64,000 nucleotides of DNA from Syntrophobacteraceae bacterium. Its GTDB lineage: Bacteria; Desulfobacterota; Syntrophobacteria; Syntrophobacterales; Syntrophobacteraceae. The notes below the pieces were generated by a model, which saw only the letters and a list, made by a program, of their open reading frames with translations, did not search any database and was not told the DNA's origin. The stretch's first letter is position 1. Each line of letters opens with the position of its first letter. The position numbers and the translations under genes are program-made. Below, one piece after another: positions 9,051 through 20,561 of this stretch. The stretch is from assembly GCA_025454175.1 (NCBI GenBank), contig JALOOX010000002.1:52564-116563 (forward strand), in the 5' to 3' direction.

Positions 9051-11645
9051 ATGCTCAAATTCCTGGACATGTTTCGCCGAAGCCGGGTCTTCGTTAACGA
9101 TTCGCCGGAGAAGGCAGCGTTTCAAAACAAGTATCGCCATTTCCAGAACCTCCTGGCGGGCAACAACAAGGCCCTCGTGACCATGACCGAGCTGGAGCAG
9201 GTCTGCTACGGTCCAAAGCCCTTCACCCTCGATTACATCACGCGCCAGGCCGAACGGCTCATTTCAGGCGTTTACGACATAGCCGAGGATCTCAATGCGC
9301 TCTCGAGCGGCCGTTATGAGCCGCTGTTCGAGTCGGTTGAGCGGATTGGCGTGGGAATTCTTCAGGAGCTGGTTCGCAAAAGACGGGTCGAGAGGACCAG
9401 CCTGACCGTACCCCTCCAGCACTTGAGCCTCGAACGCGCCTCTGAGGTGGGAGGGAAGGCGGCCAGCCTTGGAGAGATCACAAACCGTGTGCATCTTCCG
9501 GTGCCTCGCGGGTTTGCCGTGACCGCTTATGCCTGCCAGCATTTCCTGGAATCCAATCACCTGCTGGAAAAGGCCGACAACATCCTCAAGGGGCTGGACA
9601 TCGACGACACGGAGAAGCTGGTCAACAGCAGCCGCGAGATTCATTCCCTCATCCTTCATGCGCCGCTGCCGCCGGACCTCGAGGCCGGCCTGATGGAGCA
9701 GATGGAAGACATCATCAAGGATCGGGGCCCCGAGGTCCAGATGGCCATGCGCAGCAGCGCCACCAGCGAGGACTCGGAAGCGAGCTTCGCCGGCCAGCAC
9801 TCCTCGTTTCTCGGGGTGACGCGGGACCGGGTGGTGGAGGCTTACAAGCGGACGGTGGCCAGCACTTTCAACCCTCGAGCCATATACTATCGGCGGAGCA
9901 AGGGCTATCCGGACGACCACGTCATCATGAGTGCGCTGTGCATCGAAATGGTGGATGCCCGGACGGCCGGCGTCATGTACACGCGGGACCCCAACGACAA
10001 CCGGCGGAACGTGGTGATGGTGAACGCCGTCTGGGGCCTGGGCGTGGGGGCGGTGAGCGGCTCCACGGCCGCCGACTTCTATGAGGTGGAAAAAGAGGGG
10101 CGAATTCCCACGGTCATCCAAACGGCCCACAAGCCCACACAAATCGCGCTGGATGAGCGCAAAGCCCTGGTGGAGCTCACCGTACCCGAGGAGATGCGCG
10201 ATCAGGCCTGTCTGACCCGGGATCAACTGTCAAAATTGGTGGAGTACGGGTTGGCTCTCGAGGAGCACTATCGGGTCCCCCTGGACATCGAGTGGGCGAT
10301 GAACAGGCGGGGTCGTCTGGTGCTGTTGCAGGCCCGTCCCCTCAACCTGGATTTCAGGACCGTCCGAAAGAACGAAGTTGAGTCGGGAAAGGACATGGAG
10401 GCCCTCAGGGCGGAATTCCCGGATCATCCGGTCCTGCTCAAGGCCGGAATGACCGCCTCCCGCGGGAAAGCCAGTGGACTGGCTTATGTGCTGACCTCGG
10501 ACCACAATCTGCTGAACATTCCCGAAGCCTCCATCCTCATCGCCCCTCAGACCTCCCCGCGCTACGTGGCCATCCTGGGGAGAGTTCAGGCCATCGTGAC
10601 CGATGTGGGCAGCGTGACCGGCCACATGGCTTCGGTGGCCCGCGAGTTCTCCATCCCTGCGCTGGTGGGGACGGGCAATGCCACGAAAATCATACCCCAT
10701 GGCGAGGAGATCACGGTGGACGCCACCAATGGGGTGGTGTTCCGGGGGCGGGTGGAGTCGATTCTCGAGCGGAAGAAGCCCGTGAACCCCATGAAGGGGA
10801 GCCCCACTTACAAGAAGGCCCACTCGGTCCTCAAGCGGATCGCTGTCCTCAACCTCCTGGACCCCACGAGCGAGAACTTCTCTCCCGAGGGTTGCGAGAC
10901 CATGCACGACATCATCCGTTTCGCCCACGAGATGTCCATGCGCGAGATGTTCCGCATCAGCGACGATATCGAGGTGAGCGAGCGTTTTGCGGTGCACCTC
11001 AAGGTGCCCCTGCCCATGAAGATATACGCCGTGGACCTGGGGGGAGGGCTGCGGATCCCCCCCGATGCCCGCGTGGCCAGGGCCGATGATGTGGTCTCGG
11101 TTCCCTTCAAGGCCGTACTGCGCGGCATGACCCATCCGGGGGTCGAGTGGCTGGGAAGCGTCGGCATCGACTGGAAGGGTTTCGCCTCCATCCTGACCGA
11201 GTCCATTCTGAGCGACCCGACGTTGGACGACCGCATGGGCGGACCCAACTACGTGGTGGTGTCGAGGGAATACCTGAATTTCAACTCGCGACTGGGCTAC
11301 CATTTCGCCGTGGTGGATGCCTACTGCGGCTCCCAGGTCAATGACAATTACATCACCTTCTCCTTCAAGGGGGGTGCGGCGGACATCGGTCGGCGCTCGC
11401 GGCGGGCGACCCTCATCGCCCAGATCCTGAAGCGGCTGGAGCTCAAAACGGAGATCAAGGGGGACATGGTTCGGGGCGAGATCAAGAAATACGACAGCCA
11501 CCTCATGGAGGAGAAGCTCGATATGATCGGTCGTCTCCTGGGGGCGGTCCGACTGCTGGACATGGTGCTCTCGGACGACGGGCACATCGAATGGTATGTC
11601 GATCAGTTTTTCAAGGGCAATTATACGTTCAAGCGGTCGGCGTAA
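9051..11645 (+). CDS. PEP-utilising enzyme family protein (pyruvate, water dikinase-like)
   Basis: N-terminal PEP/pyruvate-binding ATP-grasp (GGKAASLGEI) and a central phosphohistidine swivel domain (GSVTGHMASVAREFSIPALVG). The roughly 250-aa C-terminal domain does not look like the canonical PpsA C-domain. The track ORF starts at 8871 inside the rhomboid gene, so I use ATG 9051 (MLKFLDMF). Confidence 0.8.
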   Translation: MLKFLDMFRRSRVFVNDSPEKAAFQNKYRHFQNLLAGNNKALVTMTELEQVCYGPKPFTLDYITRQAERLISGVYDIAEDLNALSSGRYEPLFESVERIGVGILQELVRKRRVERTSLTVPLQHLSLERASEVGGKAASLGEITNRVHLPVPRGFAVTAYACQHFLESNHLLEKADNILKGLDIDDTEKLVNSSREIHSLILHAPLPPDLEAGLMEQMEDIIKDRGPEVQMAMRSSATSEDSEASFAGQHSSFLGVTRDRVVEAYKRTVASTFNPRAIYYRRSKGYPDDHVIMSALCIEMVDARTAGVMYTRDPNDNRRNVVMVNAVWGLGVGAVSGSTAADFYEVEKEGRIPTVIQTAHKPTQIALDERKALVELTVPEEMRDQACLTRDQLSKLVEYGLALEEHYRVPLDIEWAMNRRGRLVLLQARPLNLDFRTVRKNEVESGKDMEALRAEFPDHPVLLKAGMTASRGKASGLAYVLTSDHNLLNIPEASILIAPQTSPRYVAILGRVQAIVTDVGSVTGHMASVAREFSIPALVGTGNATKIIPHGEEITVDATNGVVFRGRVESILERKKPVNPMKGSPTYKKAHSVLKRIAVLNLLDPTSENFSPEGCETMHDIIRFAHEMSMREMFRISDDIEVSERFAVHLKVPLPMKIYAVDLGGGLRIPPDARVARADDVVSVPFKAVLRGMTHPGVEWLGSVGIDWKGFASILTESILSDPTLDDRMGGPNYVVVSREYLNFNSRLGYHFAVVDAYCGSQVNDNYITFSFKGGAADIGRRSRRATLIAQILKRLELKTEIKGDMVRGEIKKYDSHLMEEKLDMIGRLLGAVRLLDMVLSDDGHIEWYVDQFFKGNYTFKRSA

Positions 11646-11667
11646 GGTTTTTCGCGGAGGATTCTGA

Positions 11668-13324
<1,657 letters not shown>

Positions 13325-13350
<26 letters not shown>

Positions 13351-14245
13351 TTCCGATGACGGGAACGCCCGAGCGGTCGACGGTCACCTGCCGGGCGGAC
13401 GCGGCGGGATCGTCGGTGTCGAGGAGCAGGGCATGGAGCAACTGGCTTTCCTGGCCCACGTTGAAAGAGGGTGTGGCGCCGAAGGATTCCATCACGCGGC
13501 CGGACATCCAGGGGGATTCGTGGATGTGCCCATGGAACGAAGCCCGAAGCCTGCCCGTGGCCGACCAAAGCTCGATGAACCGACGCACGGCTGTACTGCC
13601 CACGTGGGTATGCATGGAGGTCAGGTCCAGGGCTGTGCCCCGGGGCGGGCAGTGGCTGACGAAAAGGAAATCATGGAGCTCCCACCGGGAGCTCCGCAGC
13701 GATCCGGAAAGCAGATCGAGATCGTCTTCCATGGTCCCGGACGCCGGGTCCAGCGCTACGCTCCTGTCAGTACCCGAGACCGTCGCCGCGCCCTCTCTCC
13801 GCACCCCCGTCACGTCAAGCCCGGTCCAGTCCCTGCAATCCGGTTTTTCACGGTCCTTGATGAGGAAAGGAGTGGGGTTCACGGTCATGTAACCCACCAG
13901 GGCCAGCCGGGGGCCTACTTCGGCCACTCTCATGTGGAGCAGCTCGAAATCTTTCCCGTCCCTCGCTTCCAGCAGGGGGGCGGCGGCGGCGAGATCATCG
14001 TTTCCGAGGTCCAGGAAGATGCGGGTCCCGGGAAATGAGCCGTGGAATCTTTGCAGGGACGGCAGGAGCTTCTCCCGCACCCAGGCCCGATGGGACGGGA
14101 TGGATTCCCGGATGGTTCGCCGCCAGTCCGGGATGAGGTCGCCTCCGAGCACCATGAGCTCGGGACGAAGCTCGGCCGCGGCCTTCAGGAGGCGGGTCAG
14201 GTGACCGGGCAGGACGTGGGTATCCGAGGTGAAGAGCATCTTCAT
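13325..14245 (-). CDS. metallophosphoesterase (calcineurin-like)
   Basis: MKMLFTSDTHV, LGGDLIP, LGNDD and SFHGHIHES motifs. ATG 14245 is preceded by GGAGG, whereas the track start at 14350 has no SD. The 3' end overlaps the ettA 3' end by 26 nt (convergent). Confidence 0.72.
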
Positions 14246-14410
14246 GGGGGTGCCTCCAAACCCTGTGGGCGGCCGAAACGGTGAGCTGGAGTCTTCAGCC
14301 GGCAAAGCGGACACAAGATCGTTTCGTGCCTGCCAGCTGAACGGACACAATCGCCGCCATCCTAATTCAACCCGCGGCGTCGGGGCAACCGTTTACGCCG
14401 GAGACACGGA

Positions 14411-15667
14411 TCAGATCAGGCGTCCCATGCCGAGGGCGTTGCGGCTGATGCTCATCCCGATGTCGTTCTGGATGAGCTCGGTGCCTTTGGGCTCGAAGGG
14501 AAAGAAGACGAGCTGCGAATCGATGTACTTGAACCTCAGCCCGGCGATCTTGGGCAGGTAGGTCTTTTTGGGCACGGCCATGGACCCCACCAGGATGGGA
14601 AGGGTTTCCAATGCCTCGGCCAGGGGCAGGGTCACGGGGTGGAGGGGGGATTTGGGGAGCTCCCGGGTGAGCCCGCGGGCAGGCTGCCCGAGCGTGAAAG
14701 AGCGCGCCAGGCGGAGGAACAGCTGGGGATGCACCTTGAAGGCCGCAACATAATAATCGAGGTTCCGCGCGCTCATGTCCTGGTGGACCACCCTCGGCAC
14801 GTTGGCCAGTCGAATGAGGTCGCCCTGGGTCTCCAGCTGTAGATCCGGGGCCGAGGCCCGTATCTTCCAGAACGGCAGGTGGAGGTCTCCCTTTCCCTTG
14901 CTTCCTGACGAGCTCACGCCAAAAGGCAGCCGGCTCAGCCGTCCCTCTCCCGAATCCCAGATGCTGTGGCAGTTCCTGCAGACGGGAGCCAGGGTGTCCT
15001 TTTCCCCGGCCAGGTCCCATCCGCATGTGGGACAAATCATGGGGAGGAATCGAATGGATTTTCCTGCTGACCGGTCCCGGGCCAGCCGGCTCAAAGCCGC
15101 GGCGTCGGCTTTCACGAGGGGGCGGCGGAGGATGGGGTCCCAGAACCCGTCGTCCGTATGGAGAACCGGCGAATGAATGAGATGCACCGTCTCGCCGACG
15201 AGCGCCTCGAAGGCTCTCCCGCTCCGCGGGTCGCCGGCGCCGTCGAATTGCCCCGGGACTGATCCGTTGGTGCTCGCGCGCACCTGCTCGAAGGAGAGCT
15301 CGGGCTTCAGGAACTGGTTTCCCTTTTCGGCGGTCATGGGCTTGAGCCTCAGCACCTGGGGGCGGAAGCCCAGTGTCGGCGGCAGGCCCGAAGCCCTTAT
15401 GGCCAGATGTGAATGGTCGGCCACCCGATGTCGGATCTCCAGGCCCTCAACGGAGAATTCCATGCCCCGGTAACGCCAGTAGGGGACGTACAATAGACCT
15501 GATTCGGGAAGGTCAGGCGTGGTGAGGCGGTAGCTCGCCGTGCCCTGGAAGGCCAGGCAAAGGCGAACCCGGCAAAAGCCGCAGCTCAGGATTCGGTCGG
15601 TTTCCTCGAGAATGACCGGAGCGCCGCACTGGGGGCAGCCGAGCTCAACGGGAATCTGCAGGGTCAT
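14411..15667 (-). CDS. hypothetical protein with two zinc-ribbon modules (internal duplication)
   Basis: 418-aa ORF. CPQCGAPV...CGFCRVRL followed by YVPYWRYRG, and again CPTCGWDL...CRNCHSIW followed by HLPFWKIRA. Its ATG overlaps the stop of the upstream SPFH gene (ATGA at 15664-15667). Confidence 0.6.
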   Translation of the reverse strand: MTLQIPVELGCPQCGAPVILEETDRILSCGFCRVRLCLAFQGTASYRLTTPDLPESGLLYVPYWRYRGMEFSVEGLEIRHRVADHSHLAIRASGLPPTLGFRPQVLRLKPMTAEKGNQFLKPELSFEQVRASTNGSVPGQFDGAGDPRSGRAFEALVGETVHLIHSPVLHTDDGFWDPILRRPLVKADAAALSRLARDRSAGKSIRFLPMICPTCGWDLAGEKDTLAPVCRNCHSIWDSGEGRLSRLPFGVSSSGSKGKGDLHLPFWKIRASAPDLQLETQGDLIRLANVPRVVHQDMSARNLDYYVAAFKVHPQLFLRLARSFTLGQPARGLTRELPKSPLHPVTLPLAEALETLPILVGSMAVPKKTYLPKIAGLRFKYIDSQLVFFPFEPKGTELIQNDIGMSISRNALGMGRLI

Positions 15668-16791
15668 GGTTGAAGACGCTCACCGCATTGGTTGCAGAAA
15701 ACGGATTCCGGCAGGTTTTCGGTACCGCACTGCGAGCATTGCCTCGGCTGCGGTTTCAGCTCGACAGCCTGTCCGCATCGTGAACAAAACCGGGCGTGAG
15801 GCGGCAGGTTTTTGCCGCACTGGCTGCAGCGGCCGAGCACGAGGAGCTGGTGTCCACAGTGGAGGCAGAATCGAGACTCGCCGGGAACAGGCTGTCCGCA
15901 CTCCGGGCAGGCGGAAGCCGCCCCTGACGGCATGGCCGATGCGCCCTGGGTCATCCACTGGCTCACCATGGAGGGCATGAGGAGACCCATGCCCATGCCC
16001 AACCCTGCTCCAGCCTCTCCCTGGGCTGAAGACGCATTTTCGACGGCCATGGCCATCTTCATCTGCATGAGCCGATTGAGGTCGTCGAAGACGGCCAGCC
16101 GGCTCTTGTCGTCGATGGCCTGCTGCACCTCCGGGGGCGGCGTGATGGAGTTGATGTAGAGCTGCGAGAGCTCCAGGCCGAAGTGGCTGAAGTCCTCCTT
16201 CAACCGCCCGGCCATCCCGGTGGAAAGGTCATCGTACCGCCCGGGAAGGTCGAAGAGTGAATCCAGCTTTTCGCCAAGATAGTCGTTGAAGCGGGAAACG
16301 ATGACCCGGTTGAGATATTCCTCGATCTCTTCCGTCGTGTAGAATCCCTGGGTCCCCACCAGGCTGTTGATGAGCAGAATGGGCTGAGCCACCCGCACGT
16401 TGAAGACCCCGAAGGCGCGCAGACGGATGAGGCCGAGTCGGGAATCCTTGAAGGCCACGGGGTCCCGGGTACCCCATTTGAGGTTCGTGAACACCTTGAG
16501 GTTGACGAAGTACACCTCGGCCCGGAGCGGACTCGTCATGGCCCAGGGGAGGCTCAGGACCTTGGTGAGCAGGGGAATGTTGGCGGTCTTCAGGGTGTGG
16601 CGGCCGCTCCCGAAGGCTCCGTAAGCCTTTCCGTTGTAAAAGAATACGGCGGCCTGGCTTTCGCGGACCACGAGCTGCGCGCCGTATTTGATCTCACCGG
16701 AGCCCTCCTCGGGGATTCGGTGCACGATGGCTTTTCCCGTAGGGTCCAGCCACTCGATGACTTCCAGGAAAACAACGTTGTTGGTGCCCAT
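15664..16791 (-). CDS. SPFH/band-7 domain protein with C-terminal multiple zinc ribbons (COG4260 / B. subtilis YdjI-like)
   Basis: N-terminus VFLEVIEWLDPTGKAIVHRIPEEGSGEIKYGAQLVVRESQAAVFFYNGK is typical of the virion-core-like SPFH family. The C-terminus holds three CxxC...CxxC double zinc ribbons. Confidence 0.8.
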   Translation of the reverse strand: MGTNNVVFLEVIEWLDPTGKAIVHRIPEEGSGEIKYGAQLVVRESQAAVFFYNGKAYGAFGSGRHTLKTANIPLLTKVLSLPWAMTSPLRAEVYFVNLKVFTNLKWGTRDPVAFKDSRLGLIRLRAFGVFNVRVAQPILLINSLVGTQGFYTTEEIEEYLNRVIVSRFNDYLGEKLDSLFDLPGRYDDLSTGMAGRLKEDFSHFGLELSQLYINSITPPPEVQQAIDDKSRLAVFDDLNRLMQMKMAMAVENASSAQGEAGAGLGMGMGLLMPSMVSQWMTQGASAMPSGAASACPECGQPVPGESRFCLHCGHQLLVLGRCSQCGKNLPPHARFCSRCGQAVELKPQPRQCSQCGTENLPESVFCNQCGERLQP

Positions 16792-16823
16792 GGGGGTTCA
16801 CCTTTCTGCTACTAGAAGTTCAT

Positions 16824-16844
16824 GGTTTCCGGTTCCTGGTTCCT
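16824..16844 (-). repeat. heptanucleotide tandem array, 3 units (sense AGGAACC AGGAACC GGAAACC)
   Basis: The plus strand reads ggtttcc ggttcct ggttcct. The array lies 32 nt upstream of the SPFH start codon, in sense orientation. Confidence 0.85.
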
Positions 16845-17085
16845 GGCTGAAGCCCCTGTTGATCGTCGAGGGTCTGTCGAAGGGGCATTGGGGACCTTAA
16901 ACAAAAATCGTTCCAATACTCGGGCCGGCAGAGCAGAAGTCATGGAATTTCACCGCCGGCCGGTATACCCGGCGGCCAATGCGGGTGGCTGAATTGAACC
17001 CCTCGAGCTTCACCGTGTATAAACGCCTGGAACGGCGGGTTTGGCCCGCTCCCCGCCCGACAGGATTCAAGCCCAGGAGGCGATT

Positions 17086-18609
17086 GTGAACAGTCGAGAT
17101 GCTTATGAGTGGCTGGCCGAGCACAGCAGGGAGACGGCGCTTTTCGACTCCATCCGGAGCCTGCTCGTCTGGGACCAGAGGACCGTCATCCCATCCAAAG
17201 GCCATGCCCACCGCGCGGAGCAGTCGGCGGCGCTCACGCGGCTCCTCCATTCCCGGCGGACGGACCCCCGCATCGGGGAAAAACTGGCTGTTGTTGAAGG
17301 GGCGGACCTGGTGAGCGATCCAATCTCACCGGAGTCCGTCAATGTTCGGGAATGGAGGCGTGCCTACGACAAGGCTGTTCGGATTCCTGAACGACTTGCG
17401 GTCCAACTGGCCCGGGCCGCTTCCGAAGGGCAGACGTGCTGGCAGCGGGCGCGACCTCGGAACGACTGGGAAACGTTCAGGCCCTTTCTCGAGCGCATCG
17501 TCGAGCTCAAGCGGGAGGAGGCCGAGCACCTGGAGTACATCCATGAACCCTACGATGCGCTGCTCGACCGGTACGAGCCCGGGGAAACGGCGGAGGGACT
17601 GGAGCTGCTCTTCTCGTCACTCCGCGGTCACCTCGTGGAGCTGCTTCACCGCATCATGGGCAGCGGACGGCAGCCCGATTCCAGGGTGCTCCGCTCCCAC
17701 TTCCCCGTTGACCGGCAGGAAGCCTTTGCTCGCAACGTCCTGGAGTGCATCGGTTATGATTTCCAGGGCGGTCGGCTGGATCCCACGGCTCATCCTTTCA
17801 CGGTGGGCATAGGGCCGGGGGATGTGCGCATCACCGCCAGGTACAGCACGTCATCTTTCGGACAGGGGCTTTTCGGGGCGATTCACGAGGCCGGGCATGC
17901 CCTGTACGATGCCGGCCTGCCGACCGGGCACTGGGGGACGCCCATGGGAGAGACCGTTTCGCTGGGGATTCATGAGTCCCAGTCCCGCATGTGGGAGAAC
18001 ATGGTTTCCCGATGCCAGGGTTTTTGGGAATTCTTCTATCCCGAAGCGATCCGGCAGTTCGACGCCCTGGTTGGGGTGCCGCTGCGGGAGTTTCAATTCG
18101 CGATCAATGAGGTTCGCCCCACCCTCATCCGCACCGAAGCCGACGAGGTGACCTACAATCTGCATGTGCTCCTGCGCTTCGAGATCGAACGGGACCTGAT
18201 GCGCAATACCGTTGCGGTCCAGGATCTGCCCGAACTGTGGAACGAAAAGATGAGGAGTACCCTTGGGCTCACTCCGCCTGACCATTCCAGCGGAGTCATG
18301 CAGGACATCCACTGGTCATCGGGGGCCATCGGGTACTTCCCGACCTACACGCTGGGGAACCTCTACGCCGCGCAGTTCTATCGCCAGGCGGAAGGGGAGC
18401 TGGGGGGCTTGCGGGAATACTTTCGCATGGGGGATTTCGAGCCCCTGCTTCAATGGCTGCGCCGAAACATTCACAGCCAGGGAAGCCGCTTTCACCCCAG
18501 GGATCTCCTGCGCCGCGTGACCGGCCAGGATCCTGACCCTCAATACCTTCTGAGCTACCTGGAGGGAAAATACGCCAAACTGTACGGTCTCGCCGGCCAG
18601 AACCACTGA
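17086..18609 (+). CDS. carboxypeptidase Taq-type metallopeptidase (M32)
   Basis: M32 signatures HEAGHALYD, HESQSRMWEN and IRTEADEVTYNLH. I prefer GTG 17086, preceded by AGGAGG, over the track start at 17041. Confidence 0.88.
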   Translation: MNSRDAYEWLAEHSRETALFDSIRSLLVWDQRTVIPSKGHAHRAEQSAALTRLLHSRRTDPRIGEKLAVVEGADLVSDPISPESVNVREWRRAYDKAVRIPERLAVQLARAASEGQTCWQRARPRNDWETFRPFLERIVELKREEAEHLEYIHEPYDALLDRYEPGETAEGLELLFSSLRGHLVELLHRIMGSGRQPDSRVLRSHFPVDRQEAFARNVLECIGYDFQGGRLDPTAHPFTVGIGPGDVRITARYSTSSFGQGLFGAIHEAGHALYDAGLPTGHWGTPMGETVSLGIHESQSRMWENMVSRCQGFWEFFYPEAIRQFDALVGVPLREFQFAINEVRPTLIRTEADEVTYNLHVLLRFEIERDLMRNTVAVQDLPELWNEKMRSTLGLTPPDHSSGVMQDIHWSSGAIGYFPTYTLGNLYAAQFYRQAEGELGGLREYFRMGDFEPLLQWLRRNIHSQGSRFHPRDLLRRVTGQDPDPQYLLSYLEGKYAKLYGLAGQNH

Positions 18610-18622
18610 TGCCCGTGGCTGT

Positions 18623-19069
18623 TTAAAGTTGAGATGTGCAGTTGGGACAGCGGGTGGCCGGGATGGGGATGGCCGTATGGCAGAAGGGGCAGTCCCTGGT
18701 GGTGGGCTCCTCCGCCGGCGCCGCCTGCTCCCGCCGCAGTCGGTTCATCCCCTTGATGAGCATGAACAGCGCGAAGGCCACGATGACAAAGCTGATGATC
18801 GCGTTAATGAAGAGGCCGAGATTGAGGGAGACCGCGCCAGCCGCCTGAGCCTCGGCCAGGGTGTTGTACGGGCCGGGCTTCGCCCCTTCCTTCAGGAGCA
18901 GGAAAAAGTCGGAGAAATCCACCCCTCCAAGCAGGAGGCCGATGGGCGGCATGAGAACATTGTCCACCAGGCTCTTGACAATGGTCCCGAAGGCCCCGCC
19001 GATGATGATGCCCACCGCCATGTCCACCACGTTGCCCTTCATGGCGAATTCTTTGAACTCTTTGAACAT
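18623..19069 (-). CDS. mscL: large-conductance mechanosensitive channel with C-terminal zinc-ribbon tail
   Basis: [31 protein letters not shown] is a canonical MscL N-terminus. ATG 19069 is preceded by GGGAGGAA. The tail reads [18 protein letters not shown]. Confidence 0.9.
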   Translation of the reverse strand: MFKEFKEFAMKGNVVDMAVGIIIGGAFGTIVKSLVDNVLMPPIGLLLGGVDFSDFFLLLKEGAKPGPYNTLAEAQAAGAVSLNLGLFINAIISFVIVAFALFMLIKGMNRLRREQAAPAEEPTTRDCPFCHTAIPIPATRCPNCTSQL

Positions 19070-19187
19070 TTCCGTTCCTCCCTTGCGATTCGAAGACTGC
19101 CGTGAAGTGACGAAAGGGAACTGACTTATTTGCTGTTGAGCTGTAGACGGTCCTTTTGCTGCTTTGCCCTTACTGCCAAAACGCGAA

Positions 19188-20558
19188 TCATTCAAGCAGA
19201 AGTTGAAGCAGTTTCTGCTTGGTGCGCGTGTAGGGCGGATATTTGAGAAAGGGCTCGAACCAGCAGGGTTTGTCGAGGATGCTCTTGAAATGACTGAAGG
19301 TCCGGAATCCGGCCTCGCCGTGACAGCTGCCGATGCCGCTCTGACCCACTCCTCCGAAGGGCAGGTGGGGATTGGTGAAATGGAGGACCGTGTCGTTCAC
19401 CGCTCCACCCCCGAAAGGGACTTCCGTCAAGATTTTGTCGATGGTCCGACGACACCGGGAGAATACGTAAAGGGCCAGGGGCCTGGGGCGCGACTTGATG
19501 TGCTCCATGGGCTCCTCAATGTCTTCGAACGTGAGCACCGGCAGGATGGGGCCGAATAACTCGTCCTCCAGGACTGGGTCCTCCGGGGTGACACCCCTGA
19601 GGACGGTCGGCTGGATGAAGCGCTCCTCGCGCTCCACCCGGCCGCCGACAAACACCTTTTCGGGATCGATGAGGGCAGCCAGTCGATCCACGTGCTTGTC
19701 GGAGATGATCCGCACATAATTTTCTCGGCTGCTCCAGTTCTCTCCGAAGAGTCGCTGAATCCATGACCGAAGCTGGCTCAGAAGCTCATCTTCGAGGGAG
19801 CGATGCACCCAGACGTGATTGGGGGCCACGCAGGACTGGCCTGCATTCAGGAACTTTCCCCAGGTGATCCGACGGGCGGCCATGGGCAGCGCGCAGTCCT
19901 GGAGCACGATGGCCGGGTTCTGGCCGCCGAGCTCCAGCGTGACCGGCGTCAGGTGCCGGGCCGCGGCCTGGTAGACGATGCGGCCGACGGATGTGCTGCC
20001 CGTGAAGAAGACCTTGTCGAAACGCTCATCGAGGAGCTGCGTGGTCTCGGGAGCTCCCCCCTCCACCACGCGGATCACGGCCGGGTCCATGGCCTCGTTG
20101 ATCAATTCCGCCATGGCGTGGGAAGCATTGGACGACAGTTCGCTCGGCTTCACGATGACGGTGCAGCCGGCCGCGATGGCTGAGATGGCGGGGATGAGGG
20201 AAAGCTGGTAGGGAAAATTCCAGGCGCCGATCACCAGGGTGTTTCCGAGAGGCTCCGGGATGATGAAGCTCCGGGCCGGGAAATTGGCGAGGTTCGTCGG
20301 CACCCTCCGCTTCCTGGACCAGTAGGGCAGGTTCCGTATGGCCAGATTGATCTCGCCATGGATCAGGGCGAGCTCCGTCATGCAGGTTTCGAATCGGGAT
20401 TTTCCGAAGTCGAGCTGGATGGCCTCGTAAAGGGCCGTTTCATGTCTCCTGAGGATTTCCCCGAGCCGCTTCAGCTGGGAAACCCTGAAGGGTATGCTCC
20501 GGGTGCCGTTGGACTTGAAAAAATCCCTTTGCCTTCGAAGAGCTTCCCGGTGGCCCAT
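19188..20558 (-). CDS. NAD(P)-dependent aldehyde dehydrogenase (ALDH3-like)
   Basis: 456-aa ORF with [13 protein letters not shown] and the catalytic [10 protein letters not shown]. Length and layout match class-3 and fatty aldehyde dehydrogenases. Confidence 0.9.
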   Translation of the reverse strand: MGHREALRRQRDFFKSNGTRSIPFRVSQLKRLGEILRRHETALYEAIQLDFGKSRFETCMTELALIHGEINLAIRNLPYWSRKRRVPTNLANFPARSFIIPEPLGNTLVIGAWNFPYQLSLIPAISAIAAGCTVIVKPSELSSNASHAMAELINEAMDPAVIRVVEGGAPETTQLLDERFDKVFFTGSTSVGRIVYQAAARHLTPVTLELGGQNPAIVLQDCALPMAARRITWGKFLNAGQSCVAPNHVWVHRSLEDELLSQLRSWIQRLFGENWSSRENYVRIISDKHVDRLAALIDPEKVFVGGRVEREERFIQPTVLRGVTPEDPVLEDELFGPILPVLTFEDIEEPMEHIKSRPRPLALYVFSRCRRTIDKILTEVPFGGGAVNDTVLHFTNPHLPFGGVGQSGIGSCHGEAGFRTFSHFKSILDKPCWFEPFLKYPPYTRTKQKLLQLLLE

Positions 20559-20561
20559 GGC

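Noticed and set aside
16897-17250. 117-aa minus-strand ORF in and overlapping the carboxypeptidase 5' region
   Set aside because: It overlaps the well-supported M32 gene in antisense, and the translation is featureless.
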